The notes under the pieces are model-generated. The model searched no databases. It worked only from the letters and a program-made list of their open reading frames with translations, and was not told where the DNA came from. From the NCBI RefSeq assembly GCF_032444005.1, contig NC_091290.1:133610001-133674000 (forward strand): 64,000 bases of DNA, given 5' to 3'. Of the stretch, positions 1 to 12,500 are shown in pieces; within the stretch, counting starts at the first letter, position 1; every line of letters begins with the position of its first letter. The translations under genes were made by a program, and so were the position numbers. The DNA is from Ranitomeya imitator. Lineage: Eukaryota.

Positions 1-1673
1 GTAGGGGCTCCTGGTAGGGACAGATGTTAGAATGTAGGGGCTCCTGGTAGGGACAGATGCTAGAATGTAGGGGCTCCCGGTAGGGGGCAGATGCTAGAAT
101 GTAGGGGCTCCTGGTAGGGACAGATGCTAGAATGTAGGGGCTACTGGTAGGGACAGATGCTAGAATGTAGGGGCTCCCGGTAGGGATAGATGCTAGAATG
201 TAGGGTCTCCTGGTAGGGACAGATGTTAGAATGTAGGGGCTCCTGGTAGGGGACAGATGCTAGAATGTAGGGGCTCCTGGTAGGGACAGATGCTAGAATG
301 TAGGGGCTACTGGTAGGGGGCAGATGCTAGAATGTAGGGGCTCCTGGTAGGGACATATGCTAGAATGTAGGGGTTCCCGGTAGGGGCTCGTGGTAGGGGA
401 CACATGCTAGAATGTAGGGGCTCCTGGTAGGTACAGATGCTAGAATGTAGGGGCTCCTGGTAGGGGACAGATGCTAGAATGTAGGGGTTCCCGGTAGGGG
501 CTCGTGGTAGGGGACACATGCTAGAATGTAGGGGCTCCTGGTAGGGACAGATGCTAGAATGTAGGGGCTCCTGGTAGGGGACAGATGCTAGAATGTAGGG
601 GCTCCCGGTAGGGACAGATGCTAGAATGTAGGGGCTCCTGGTAGGGGACAGATGCTAGAATGTAGGGGCTCCAGGTAGGGACATTTGCTAGAATGTAGGG
701 GCTCCCGGTAGGGACAGATGCTAGAATGTAGGGGCTCCTGGTAGGGGACAGATGCTAGAATGTAGGGGCTCCCGCTAGGGTCAGATGCTAGAATGTAGGG
801 CCTCCTGGTAGGGGACAGATGCTAGAATGTAGAGGCTCCTGGAAGGGACAGATGCTAGAATGTAGGGGCTCCTGGTAGGGGACAGATGCTAGAATGTAGG
901 GGCTACTGGTAGGGGACAGATGCTAGAATGTAGGGGCTCCCGGTAGGGACAGATGCTAGAATGTAGTGGCTCCCGGTAGGGGCAGATGCTAGAATGTGGT
1001 GGCTCCTAGTAGGGACATTTGCTAGAATGTAGGGGCTCCCGGTAGGGGCAGATGCTAGAATGTAGGGGCTCCTGGTAGGGGACAGATGCTAGAATGTAGG
1101 GGCTCCTGGTAGGGGACAGATGCTAGAATGTAGGGGCTCCTGGTAGGGACAGATGCTAGAATGTAGGGGCTCCCGGTAGGGGACAGATGCTAGAATGTAG
1201 GGGCTCCCGGTAGGGGACAGATGCTAGAATGTAGGGGCTCCCGGTAAGGACAGATGCTAGAATGTAGGGGCTCCCGGTAGGGACAGATGCTAGAATGTAG
1301 GGGCTCCTGGTAGGGGACAGATGCTAGAATGTAGGGGCTCCTGGTAGGGACAGATGCTAGAATGTAGGGGCTCCTGGTAGGGACAGATGCTAGAATGTAG
1401 GGGCTCCTGGTAGGGTCAGATGCTAGAATGTAGGGGCTCCTGGTAGGGACAGATGCTAGAATGTAGGGGCTCCTGGTAGGGACAGATGCTAGAATGTAGG
1501 GGCTCCTGGTAGGGACAGATGCTAGAATGTAGGGGCTCCTGGTAGGGTCAGATGCTAGAATGTAGGGGCTCCTGGTAGGGACAGATGCTAGAATGTAGGG
1601 GCTCCTGGTAGGGACAGATGCTAGAATGTAGGGGCTCCTGGTAGGGGCAGATGCTAGAATGTAGGGGCTCCTG
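1..1673. repeat. Minisatellite, 30-31 bp unit (GTAGGGGCTCCTGGTAGGG(G)ACAGATGCTAGAAT), about 55 copies, runs off the window start
   Basis: Seen directly as near-identical tandem units; explains ORFs 307..519 and 1190..1687. Confidence 0.97.
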
Positions 1674-1958
1674 ACTTCAAAAGGCATAGAAGAGAGCGAA
1701 TTTCTCTCATACTTATGACTATTACATGAGACAGGAATGGCTGAATGTGCCTGACAATGACATACACAAGTGCATTAAGAGGAGCTGTCACTTTCCATCT
1801 GGGTACAAAGTGTGTGTCTCTGCACGGGGTAATAATGCGCACAAGGAGAAAGCATGAAACAAATGTATATATCTGTGCTCAGATCTAATGGGACCTCTGC
1901 GAACTGACCTGGGACATATACACAACAGCAGTACCACTAATATTGAGAGTAACCACAG

Positions 1959-1964
1959 TTTATT
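1959..1964 (-). terminator. Poly(A) signal AATAAA of urah
   Basis: TTTATT on the + strand about 90 nt downstream of the urah stop codon. Confidence 0.6.
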
Positions 1965-2053
1965 TGACTGATTTTATGACTTGTATTTCAGAAATGCAGG
2001 ATACAGGATGAGAGATGCAAAGTGACAATGGCGGAAGCTGCAGATTTGCCTGA

Positions 2054-2143
2054 TTAACTCCCTCTGTAGGTGGTGTATGAGAACGGAGTCAGAAGGAGTG
2101 GCACGTGGTACTTCTGTTTTGGGTCCAAGATGGTGAAAACAAC
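2054..2143 (-). CDS. urah: urah exon 4 ([29 protein letters not shown])
   Basis: Acceptor ttttacag, phase 0, stop TAA at 2056-2054, YRGS signature. Confidence 0.96.
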   Translation of the reverse strand, partial: VVFTILDPKQKYHVPLLLTPFSYTTYRGS

Positions 2144-5100
2144 CTGTAAAATAAGATGGAAATGTACACATCACAAAGGCATTGTATGTTCTCCATTACT
2201 GTCTTTAGTGATATACAGTTGTGCTCAAAAGTTTACATACCCCGGCAGAATTTTTGCTTTCTTTGCCTTTTTTCAGAGAATATGAATATCACCAAAACTT
2301 TTTCTCCACTCATGGTTAGTGGTTGGGTGAAGCCATTTATTGTCAAACTACTGTGTTTTCTCTTTTTAAATCAAAATGACAAACCAAAACATCCAAATGA
2401 CCCTGATCAAAAGTTCACATACCCTGGTGATTTTGGCCTGATAACATGCACAGACGTTGACACAAATGGGTTTGAATGGCTACTAAAGGTGACATCCTCA
2501 CCTGTGACCTGTTTGCTTGTAATCAGTGTGTGTGCATAAAAGCTGAGTGATTTTCTGGGATCCAGACAGACTCTTGCATCTTTCATCCAGCCACTGATGT
2601 TTCTGGATTGTGAGTCATGGGGAGATCAAATGAATTGTCAACGCATCTAAAGGAAAAGGTAGTTGAAATGTATAAAACAGGAAAGGGATACACAAAAATA
2701 TCCAAGGAATTGATAATGTCAGGCAGCAGCGTTCAAACTGTGATTAACAAATGAAAAATCAGGGTCTCTGTAAAAACAAAACTACGGTCAGGTAGACCAT
2801 CAAAAATGTCATCCACAACTGCCAGGAAAATTGTTCGGGATGCAAAGAAAAACCTACAAATAACATCAGCTGAAATACAGGACTCTGAAAACTAGCGGTA
2901 TGGCTGTTTCAAGGTGCACAATAAGGAGGCACTTGAAGAAAAATGGGCAGCATGGTTGAGTCGCCAGAAGATAGCAATTACTGCGTAAATGCCACAAAGT
3001 ATCTCGCCTACAATATGCAAAACAGCACAGAGACAAGCCTCAAAACTTCTGGAACAAGATGATTTGAAGTGATGAGACCAAAATTGAAATTTTTGGCCAC
3101 AACCATAAACGTTACATTTGGAGAAAGTTCAATAAGGCTTATGATGAAAGGAACACCATTCCTACTGTAAAGCATGGAGGTGGATTGCAGATGTTTTGGG
3201 GATGTGTGAGCTACAAAGGCACAGGAAACTAGGTCAAGGTTGAAGGAAAGATGAATTCAGCACTGTGTCAGCAAATACTGGAGGCAAATTTGCACTCATC
3301 AGCCCAGAAGCTGCGCATTGGTCATACTTGGACGTTCCAATATGACAACGATCCAAATCACAAGGCCAAGTCGACCTGTCATTGGCTACAGCAGAACACA
3401 GTGAAGGTTCTGGAGTGGCCATCTCAGTCTCCTGACCTCAATATCATTGAGCCACTCTGGAGAGATCTCAAGCGCGCAGTTCATGTCAGACAGCCCAGGA
3501 ATTTACAAGAACTGGAGGCGTTTTGCCAAGAAGAGTGGGCAGCTTTACCATCTGAGAAAATAAAGAACCTCATCCACAGCTACCACAAAAGACTTCAAGC
3601 TGTCATTGATGTTACAGGGGGTAATACACGGCATTAAGAAATAGGATATGTGAACTTTTGATCAGGGTCAATTGGATGTTTTGGGTTGTCATTATGATTT
3701 AAAAAGAGAAACCACAGTAGTTTGACAACAAATGGCTTCTTCCAACCACTAACCATGAGTGGAGAAAAAGTTTTGGTGAAAACATTCACACTCTCTGAAT
3801 AAAGGCCAAGAAAGCAAAAATTCTGCCGGGGTATGTACACTTTTGAGCTCAAATGTATAAGACCGGGTACTGATGAGTGAACAAGCCGCAATGCCCAGAC
3901 TGACCCAGACTTACAGCCTCGTATGTGACTATCAGGCTGTAAGACCCATGGTCACACTGGGCATTGTGGTCCTATCTGGGCTCTTAAATGTGCCCATCTG
4001 AACCCAGGCTAAGGGGGCCACCAGATGTGATAGAAGGGTCTTGAAAACTATCAATAGCACATAGGACCTGAAGGGCCCATGATACCCTCTGCCACATAGA
4101 AGACAGTAATATTATACGTTGCACATGCAGTGGGATAATTTGAAGCTCATGCCCCCAATGAAAACTTTCCAGCAATTATATAGGTCTTCTAATATGGGCC
4201 AAAACGACTTTCTGGGCCCCCCAAGGTTAAATGTTCCGGGGGTGACAACAGCCCATGTACCTATGGGCATATGATTTTGCTGATTTTGCATACGGTACCT
4301 CCACATAAGGGTAGAAACTGTCTTGCTGCAACTGTTTCCAGTAGTCCTTGGTGTCAAAACGTAACTGGAAAGTCCCAGCGGCAAGAGGTTCTCCTCGCAG
4401 GAGCCCTGGACAGCGGCCGTCCTCATTAGTGATGCTGGAGAAGAAAGATTAGGTTTACATTAACAAAAAATTATATTAAATACAACTTTTTCCATTTGCT
4501 CAAAGAAGAAAAAAAAAATCGTACCTGGATGTGATTTATATTGTGATAGTTACAAAAACATGGCTGCTTCCTTCCTACAACAGCGCTACAGCTGGTCACA
4601 GGTTGTGTTGGGTATTGCAGCTCTGTTCACTTTAAGAGAGCCGAGTTGTAATACCGATCACAACCCAAGGACAGGGGTGGCGCTCTCGCCGGGTGAAATC
4701 ATCCTTGTTTTTAAAATCCTGTTTTTTTTTATCCATATCATAATTTGCATTAAAATAAAAAAAATAGAATTTGTGGAATTTTCAGATCGTCCACTTGGGC
4801 TTTTTTTTGACTCCTCTATTGTTTCAAGAGACACCACATGTACATTAGCCACAGTAAACAAACAGCTATGTTTTGTATTGTAGCATCTAATGAGCGTGTG
4901 CAAAGGCCATTGTGAAGGGAGGGGAGCTGGGACATAGCCTATTGCGATTGCAATTCTTCCTCTGATGATAATGAGACTGCTGAAAACTCTTCCTGAAAGG
5001 ACTGGAAACCCGGGAGACAGTTGAGTACTCACCTTCTGCTCACTTGTACCCATTTTGTTTGGCGGGCATCCAGCTTGGACAGGGTGATGGTGAGCCCTTT

Positions 5101-5710
5101 GGCAGGAATCCCCTGCGCTGTGTTGAGGACATGTGTGCTCAGCAGGCTGTCACTGCCCCCCGACATGTCCTAAAAGATATGAAGATTTCTCGTTATTTCC
5201 TATTTATTAATACATTTGCGTGAGAATTCAGTGCGGAAAAAAAATGTGCAATCTGCTATGACTTTTTCAGCTTTGCAGTAGGGGAATTTCCTTTCCTGCA
5301 TTTTCCCCAGTTGCTAGTAAATAAGATTATATTAGGGAATCCCCTTTTAAGCAATTCCCTGAAATACAGTTGTAGGTTCGGAACCGGTTGTCCTGTCCCC
5401 TTAGTTTCTTTCTCACACCCATAGAGAGCAGCATGGCTTACAAGTCTTTTAGGGAGTTGCAATGTTAGCAATTCTTGTGCAGAACGTGCGTCGCTGCCTC
5501 TGCAGCCTGCCCTCCTCATATACCTACTTGTGCTGCAGATATTCAGCAGAAGAACTTCCTGCCGCCGGATGCCACCGACCTGCAGAAACGTGAGAGCACA
5601 TAGGAGGGTGTGATCCCATCATGCCCACAGAAGTGTCAGCACATGCGGCAGATCGTTACCTGCGTGCCCTGGAGGTGCTGCTGAATGAGCTGCAATCGCT
5701 TCCTGCTCAT
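2054..5710 (-). CDS. urah: 5-hydroxyisourate hydrolase (HIUase, transthyretin-like), 4 coding exons, 137 aa
   Basis: Exons 5710-5660, 5169-5033, 4434-4299 and 2143-2054, all GT-AG and in frame. Protein: [137 protein letters not shown]. Contains the HIUase signatures STHVLN, DGRC, YHVP and C-terminal YRGS. Confidence 0.97.
2216..3855 (+). mobile_element. Tc1/mariner DNA transposon, IR/DR type, degenerate transposase, in urah intron 3
   Basis: TA on both flanks (2214-2215, 3856-3857). TIRs of about 200 bp, each with two CAAAAGTT(T/C)ACATAC direct repeats. Transposase from ATG 2617 to 3637 with stops and frameshifts; motifs W(stop)[22 protein letters not shown]. Confidence 0.95.
4299..4434 (-). 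CDS. urah: urah exon 3 ([10 protein letters not shown]...FYPYVE)
   Basis: Acceptor ttctccag, donor gtaccg, 136 bp, contains the catalytic Arg in DGRC. Confidence 0.96.
5033..5169 (-). CDS. urah: urah exon 2 ([20 protein letters not shown]...)
   Basis: Acceptor cttttag, donor gtgagt, 137 bp, starts in phase 0, carries the catalytic His and a second in-frame Met. Confidence 0.96.
5660..5710 (-). CDS. urah: urah exon 1, peroxisomal PTS2 leader ([17 protein letters not shown])
   Basis: RLQLIQQHL fits the PTS2 consensus R-L-x5-H-L found in vertebrate HIUase leaders; donor gtaacg, phase 0. Confidence 0.9.
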
Positions 5711-6430
5711 AGTAAAGGATCCAGTGTTCTGAGCCGGGACCTTTGTACTGTAAAGCTCCTGTGCCCCAGGGGGGTCCTGGTTATCATTTACCAGCCTTGT
5801 TGTCCTGACGGATCACTGACCCCAAAGGCAATGAGTATTCTAGTATTCAGTGCCAGAAAAACATGGCTGATTCTTCCAATAACAGCGGCGCCGCTGCACC
5901 TGGTTGTGTGTGATTACCTATGAGTTTGGGATTATTCCGTCTGTACCTTATATAAGCTAATGGACCCCAAGCAAAAATGTGCTGTCAAATAAAATCCGAT
6001 CACACCGACCTTGTAGGATTTATTTTCTGCCATTGATGCAGACAGTAGATCTCCAGTTCTGGTAAACCTTTGTTCTTTGGCTGTAGTTTGATTAAAATAA
6101 TAATAAAAAGTCCTTTAGTCACCCTCCTCAGGTCCAACCCTGAGTCTCCGCTTCTGCTCAGGGTGTATGTTATGGTCGGTTTTAGCCCAAATAGCCAGAA
6201 CAAGACGCTCAGAGCTGATTGCCCAAAGCGCTATCGACATTACATCAGCGCTGTAGACAATACCAGACACCGGGAGCAGCAGTGGAGATCTGGGGAGGGC
6301 GAATAAAGCACAGTTCTATACTAATTGCTCCCAGAAACCAAAAACCTCCTTTAGCGTCGCCCCCCTCCCCCCCAAAAAAAAAATAAAAAAAAATCAGCAA
6401 ACCGTGGAGTCAATTTCAGGGATGACTTAC

Positions 6431-6538
6431 CTGGTCTCCTTCAGCCGGCAGCACAGAGATGGCAACACTACAAGTGGTACGGAGTCCGACCCCTTCCATA
6501 TCTGCAGCACTGACTGTTAGAACATAGTTATTGATTTT
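6431..6538 (-). CDS. Cadherin-like exon 8 ([36 protein letters not shown])
   Basis: Acceptor (T)9CAG, donor CAG|gtaagt. Aligns to the end of CDH1 EC2 (YTLVVQAADLQGEGLSTT) but lacks DxNDNPP. Confidence 0.88.
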
Positions 6539-9500
6539 CTGAAAAAAAAAACAAACATAAATCATTCATCACAACTGAGAACATTGGTACAAAAATACCG
6601 CAACCGAGCCCATGGAGAGGATGACCTCAGGGGTCCATGCCCACCTCCTAGCCCACGTCTCCATGCAGATCAAATGGTGTGTGACTTGTCCGCACCTTGC
6701 TGTATTCTCACTATTTCTGTTGCACAACACTTGCATTGTGATCCATGATGGCAAAAAATTGGATGTAACTTGCAACCAAAAAGTCAACAGTCGTGTTAGC
6801 TGTCAGGTCGTGTGTGGCACCAACCCCACTGGAAACTATTAGATGTAACATCACAATTGGACATCACAATCCTCTGGGACTTAAATCAATAAAATACAAG
6901 TTCAGCTGAATCTCTATATATAAACCTCTATAAGGAATTAACATGTATTTTGGCAGTAGCGTAACTAGGGCCCAATGGGCCCCAGTGCAAAATTTGTACC
7001 TGGGCCCCCACCTATATGTTGGTCAGATGTATAGGCCTTTGTAGTGTTCTAGATCCAATAAACACTTACAGTATGAGTTCACCCTCCATATAATAATGTC
7101 CCCCATCCTGTCACCTTCCTCTAATAATGTCCCTTATCTTAGACCCTTTCTGTAATGATGTTCCCCATCCTGGCCCCTTCCTGTACTAATGTCTCCCATC
7201 ATGTACAGATTCCTGTTATAATGTCCTCTGTCTTGGGCCCCTTTCTGTAATAATTCCCCACCCTATCCCCTTTCTGTAATAATGTTTCCCTTCCTGACCT
7301 CCATCCTGTAAAAATGTCCTCTGTCCTGGCCCCCATTCTGTAATAATGTCCTCCGTCCTGGCCCCCAGCCTCTAATAATGTCCCTCATCATGTGTCTCTT
7401 CCTGTTATAATGTCCTCCTTCCTGGCCACTATCCTGTAATAATGTTCCCCATCATGTGTCTCTTCCTGTATTAATGCCCCCCATCCTGGCCACTATCTGT
7501 AATAATGTCCTCCATCCTGGTCCCCAGCCTGTAATGTACCTTATCATGTGCCTCTTCCTGTTATAATGTCCCTTGTCCTGGTCCCCTTCCTGTAATAATG
7601 CCCCCCGTCTTGGCCACTATCTGTAATAATGTCCTCCTTCCTGGCCCCCATCCTGTAATAATGTCCCTCATCATGTGTCTCTTCCTGTTATAATGTCCTC
7701 CTTCCTGGCCCACATCCTGTAATAATGTTCCCCATCATGTGTCTCTTCCTGTATTAATGCCCCCCATCCTGGCCACTATCTGTAATAATGTCCTCCATCC
7801 TGGCCACTATCTGTAATAATGTCCTCCATCCTGGCCACTATCTGTAATAATGTCCTCCATCCTGGCCCCCATCCTGTAATAATATTCCCCATCATGTGTT
7901 CCTTTATGTAATAATGCCCCTGGCCACTATCTGTAATAGTGTCCTCTGTCCTGGCCCCCATCCTGTAATAATGTTCCCCATTTGTTGCTCCTTCCTGTTA
8001 TAATGTCCCTTATCCTGGGCTTCTTCCTGTTATAATTTCCCCCACTTTGGGCCCCATTCTGATACAATATCCCCCTTCCTGGTATAATGCACCCATTCTC
8101 AGTCCCTAGCAGTAACAATGTCCCCCGTCCTGGGCCCCTTCCTGGTATAATGACTCTGGTATAGATATAAATATTTAGGTTCAGCTCAACTTTGTTTTGT
8201 TAAGTTTATGGCAAAATCAATGGATCAAATTAATTTAGGAAGATGAAGAACAAACCTTGTAGCTTAGTCCGAGCTTGACCACGCTGATCAGCCCAGTTTT
8301 AGGATCAATACGAAATATATCGTTGGGCTCTTTTGGTGTCTGGTCAGTTATTGAATATTGTATTATCCCATTTGAGGTGAACTCAGTATCGTCCTCATCA
8401 GTCGCCAATACCTTCACCACGGACGTACCTATATCAGAGACACAATCAGAGTCCATACATAGAGCGTGCACCTTCTGCTCCACAGGGAAAACCTATATAA
8501 CACAATCACCGCAGTCACGCACATCATAATGCACAATTCCACCTGTTTTTGGAGGAGGAAATTGGCCATCTTAACTCTTGGACCCCCTGTGTGACCGTAC
8601 AGGTTGCACCAATGATATATCCGACCCTGGTCTAAAGAGATATGTAAGAATGCATCATGTGTATTGAATAGTCTCATGGCTGAGATGTACTGTTTATAAG
8701 CAAAGCCCTAAAAATGGACCTGGGAACAGCCAAAGGTGAGCAAGACAGTTTAATGTCACACATCATGACATGGCAAGACTGAGCAACACAACAACACACA
8801 AGGTAGTTACACTGCATCAGCAAGGTGTCTTCCTGCTCACAAAGCAGACTGGGGTTACAGGATGGGCTGTTTAAGTTCTGTTGAAGAAGCACCAAGAAAC
8901 AGGCAACGTTGAGGACAGTAGATGATGCGGTCGGCCAAGGAAACTTATTGCAGCAGGTGAAAGAAGCTTCATGATTACTTGCGTTCTAAATCAGAAGATG
9001 TCCAGCAGTGCCATCAGTTCAGAACTGACAGCGACCAGTGGGACACCGCTACATCCATCTACTGTTTGGAGTAGTCTGCCCAGAAGTGACCGTCATGGAA
9101 GACGTGGCCAAAAAGAACAGATTTTCCATATGGGAACATGGACAAGCAACTCAACTATGCATGAAAATATAGGAGTTCATTAACTATTTTCAAGTGACAA
9201 GTATCGAAATGACAACACCAAATATTGATTTTTCCTTTGCTGATTCACTTTGCATTTTGTCAATTGCTAAAAATAAACAAAAACTTCTAGTTTTGAACTC
9301 ATTCATTTTTTCCACACCTGCCTGAAACTTTTGCACAATACGATACGTCTCAAGAATGGCTTAAAATTTTAAGGAATAGTGATTTGAAAAAAAATCTAGA
9401 AAAATGGAAATAACCCTTTATAAGGCGTGTGATTTAATGGTATATCTAACACAAAACATGACACTTACCGGGTAAAGCATCCTCCTTTACTCCTCCATCA

Positions 9501-12500
9501 TATCGTGCCTGTGTGAACACCGGCTTGTTGTCATTCTGGTCTGAAATATTAATGACGATTTCAACAGGATCTTCCAAAGTTTGTCCCGACTCTGAAATAG
9601 CAGATACTTTAATCTGTAATCATAAATGTTTATATGAATTACGGTAATATCGTGTCGTCATTTGAAATAACGATAAAGATTCTTGCACAGAAATCAGTGT
9701 AAAATGTAAAGTGGAGACGTGGTTTGGGATGAAATGTTCTGCCCTCCTGCACAGCCCCTCATTTTATGTCCCCCTTGCACAGCCCACAATCCCCTCATTT
9801 TATGCCCTCCAGCAACCTCTCACAGTCCCTCAGTTCATGGTCAAGTAATATAGGAATTAAAGAAAAAAAAAAACCCTTATATTCGCCTAATCCAGGCTCC
9901 TTGTCCACTGTCTCCTCTCCTGTCCTGAATAGCAGTGGGCGCTTGATGGCATGATGACATCACTGAACGGCACCATCCAATGTCCTGTGTGTGCGCCTTC
10001 TCCAACAGGGTGCAGGCTGGAAATGGCCTACATCTTGCTGGAGGTCTTGGCAGAGCAGAAGGCTGACTACAGCTCCTCTGCCGGGGAGTGATTTCTGGAG
10101 CACAGACTGAGAGAGCATGTGCCTGCGCACCGACCATAACTGTGCTGAATGCCTGCGGCTGGAGGAAGGCGTCGGGTGGCCGAAGGCATTCTTTTTTTTT
10201 TTTTTTTCAAAGGGCGCCCTCCTCAGGTAGGCAAGAGGTAGCACCCTAGTCAAGTGCCTAACTTGTCTACCCCTTGTCTCGGCCCTGCCAAACTTACATA
10301 GTGTTTTTTTATTACTTAAGAGTCAAAAGNNNNNNNNNNNNNNNNNNNNNNNNNNNNNNNNNNNNNNNNNNNNNNNNNNNNNNNNNNNNNNNNNNNNNNN
10401 NNNNNNNNNNNNNNNNNNNNNNNNNNNNNNNNNNNNNNNNNNNNNNNNNNNNNNNNNTATAATTTGTGTCGCCATTTTCCTGTATTTTTATTTTATGCAT
10501 ATTTTTTCATTGATGGAGCGGTGTGATAACGCCATCATAGTCAATAGAATTGCCACCCCCTCCAAACTGTGGCAATTAAGAGCTTGTCGTGGGCACAGCT
10601 GTAAGGGGGTACAGAAGTACACCCTATCTGGTGGAAGCAGGATGAAAAATGGCACTTCGGATTTTTGCATTGAAGCCTGGTAACTCTAAGGCTACGTTCA
10701 CACTAGCGTTGTGTGCCGCTGCGTCGGCGACGCAACGCACAACGCACGCAAAAACGCGGCAAAACGCACGCAAAAACGCTGCGTTTTGCAACGCATGCGT
10801 CGTTTTTTGCCGAAAATCGGACGCAATAAAAATGCAACTTGTTGCGTTTTCTTGGTCCGACGCTTGCGGCAAAAAAGACGCATGCGTCGCACAACGCAAC
10901 AAACAAAAACGCATGCGTCCCCCATGTTAAATATAGGGGCGCATGACGCGTGCGTCGCCGCTGCGTCGCCCGACGTTAACCCGACGCACACTAGCATAAC
11001 GCTAGTGTGAACGTAGCCTTAGCTACACCTTTCGTGCCCCCTAATAATAATACAGCAGGGACTACAGAGAGGCCGTGTACTTACATTGTACTTAGCAATG
11101 TATTCCCTGTCCAGGGGTTTGGTCACCCACAGCCAACCAGTACTGTCCACAGTAAATACCCCAATGGGATCTGAATCAGCCCCGGTGCCGGATATTCTGT
11201 AAAAGACTTTCCCAGTAGAGTCCACATTTGATTTCACCTATAGAGAAGGCAAAATAAAAGTACGTGAAAAATCAATGGTTATAGGAGGTAGAAGTTGTAT
11301 TTGACTATATCTAATCATAGTTATTCATCTCCCATTGGACATTTTGTCTATTAGCAAAATGTATAAACTTTCAGCTCTCTGCAATAAATGTTCATATCTC
11401 AACACAACTAATATTACTCTCAGAATTATTCACCCCGTGTTCTGGGGCTGCTTTGCTGCATCTGGCACAAGGTGTCTACAATCTGTGCAGGGTACAATGA
11501 AATCTCAAGACTATCAAGGGATTCTAGGGAGAAATGTGCTGCCCAGTGTCAGAAAGCTTGGTCTCAGTCTCAGGTCATGGGTCTTGCAACAGGATAATGA
11601 CCCAAAACACACAGCTAAAAACACCCAAGAATGGCTAAGAGGAAACATTGGACTATTCTGAAGTGGCCATCATAGAGCCCTGACCTAAATCCTATTGAGC
11701 ATCTTTGGAAAGAGCTGAAACATGGCGTCTGGAAAAGGCAACCTTCAAACACGAGACAACTGGAGCAGTTTGCTCTTGAGGAGTGGCCAAAATACCTGTC
11801 GAGAGGAGCAGAAGTCTCATTGACTGTTACAGGAACCGTTTGATTTCAGTGATTGCTCAAAAGGTTGTGTGACAAAATGTTAAGTTAAGGTACCATCATT
11901 TCTGTCCAGGCCTATTTCATGAGTTTCAACACTTGTGCCATTAGTTGTGCATATTTTTTACCCATTTTTGATGGATGTACATAGGCTGGAATAGCAGAGT
12001 CTATCTACCGATCTTATAGATGCCGTACCTGGAAAAATCGCTTTGGATACGGACCCCGCTCATTCTCAGTTATGTAGACTGGCGGTAAAACATAAGCTCT
12101 TTTCTTTCTTCTCAGGAGAAGACTTGTTTTCTCAATATCCTTATTTCCATCAGAAGACTGGGCCTGTGAACCACAAATATAGTTGATAAAGTCAAGTGGT
12201 TCTTACGATACTTTCAGCTACTTACATTTAAGTGAAGGGACGGAGCATATTTTCCGAGACATCGTTCAGTTTCCACATAAGGGCACCGCTGTACAGATTG
12301 GATGAAGCCAATTTCCCCCCAAATTTGTTTTATTTTCCATAGGAGGGCTCCTCACCTTTGTCAGATACATTGTTAGGACTTCTTCAGGTTAAAGTGTATC
12401 TCCCCTTTAAATCGTGAAGTCTTGTGAATTAGGATCTGTCACATTCACGCACTAGTGTATCCCATCACAGACTCAGTTTTTCGGATTGTCTCCGATGGCG

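Noticed and set aside
1-1673. Regular repeats resembling a CRISPR array, and periodic ORFs
   Set aside because: Head-to-tail units with no unique spacers, in vertebrate DNA with no cas genes; a minisatellite.
1674-2050. Searched for cadherin exon 9 (EC3 start) downstream of urah
   Set aside because: No PEN, DxD or other cadherin motif in any minus frame. Exons beyond position 1 cannot be excluded from this window.
6000-6203. Minus-strand ORF MFWLFGLK... as a transmembrane or GPI exon for the cadherin
   Set aside because: Hydrophobic stretches are short, there is no homology to cadherin TM or tail, and no good in-phase acceptor was found at its start.
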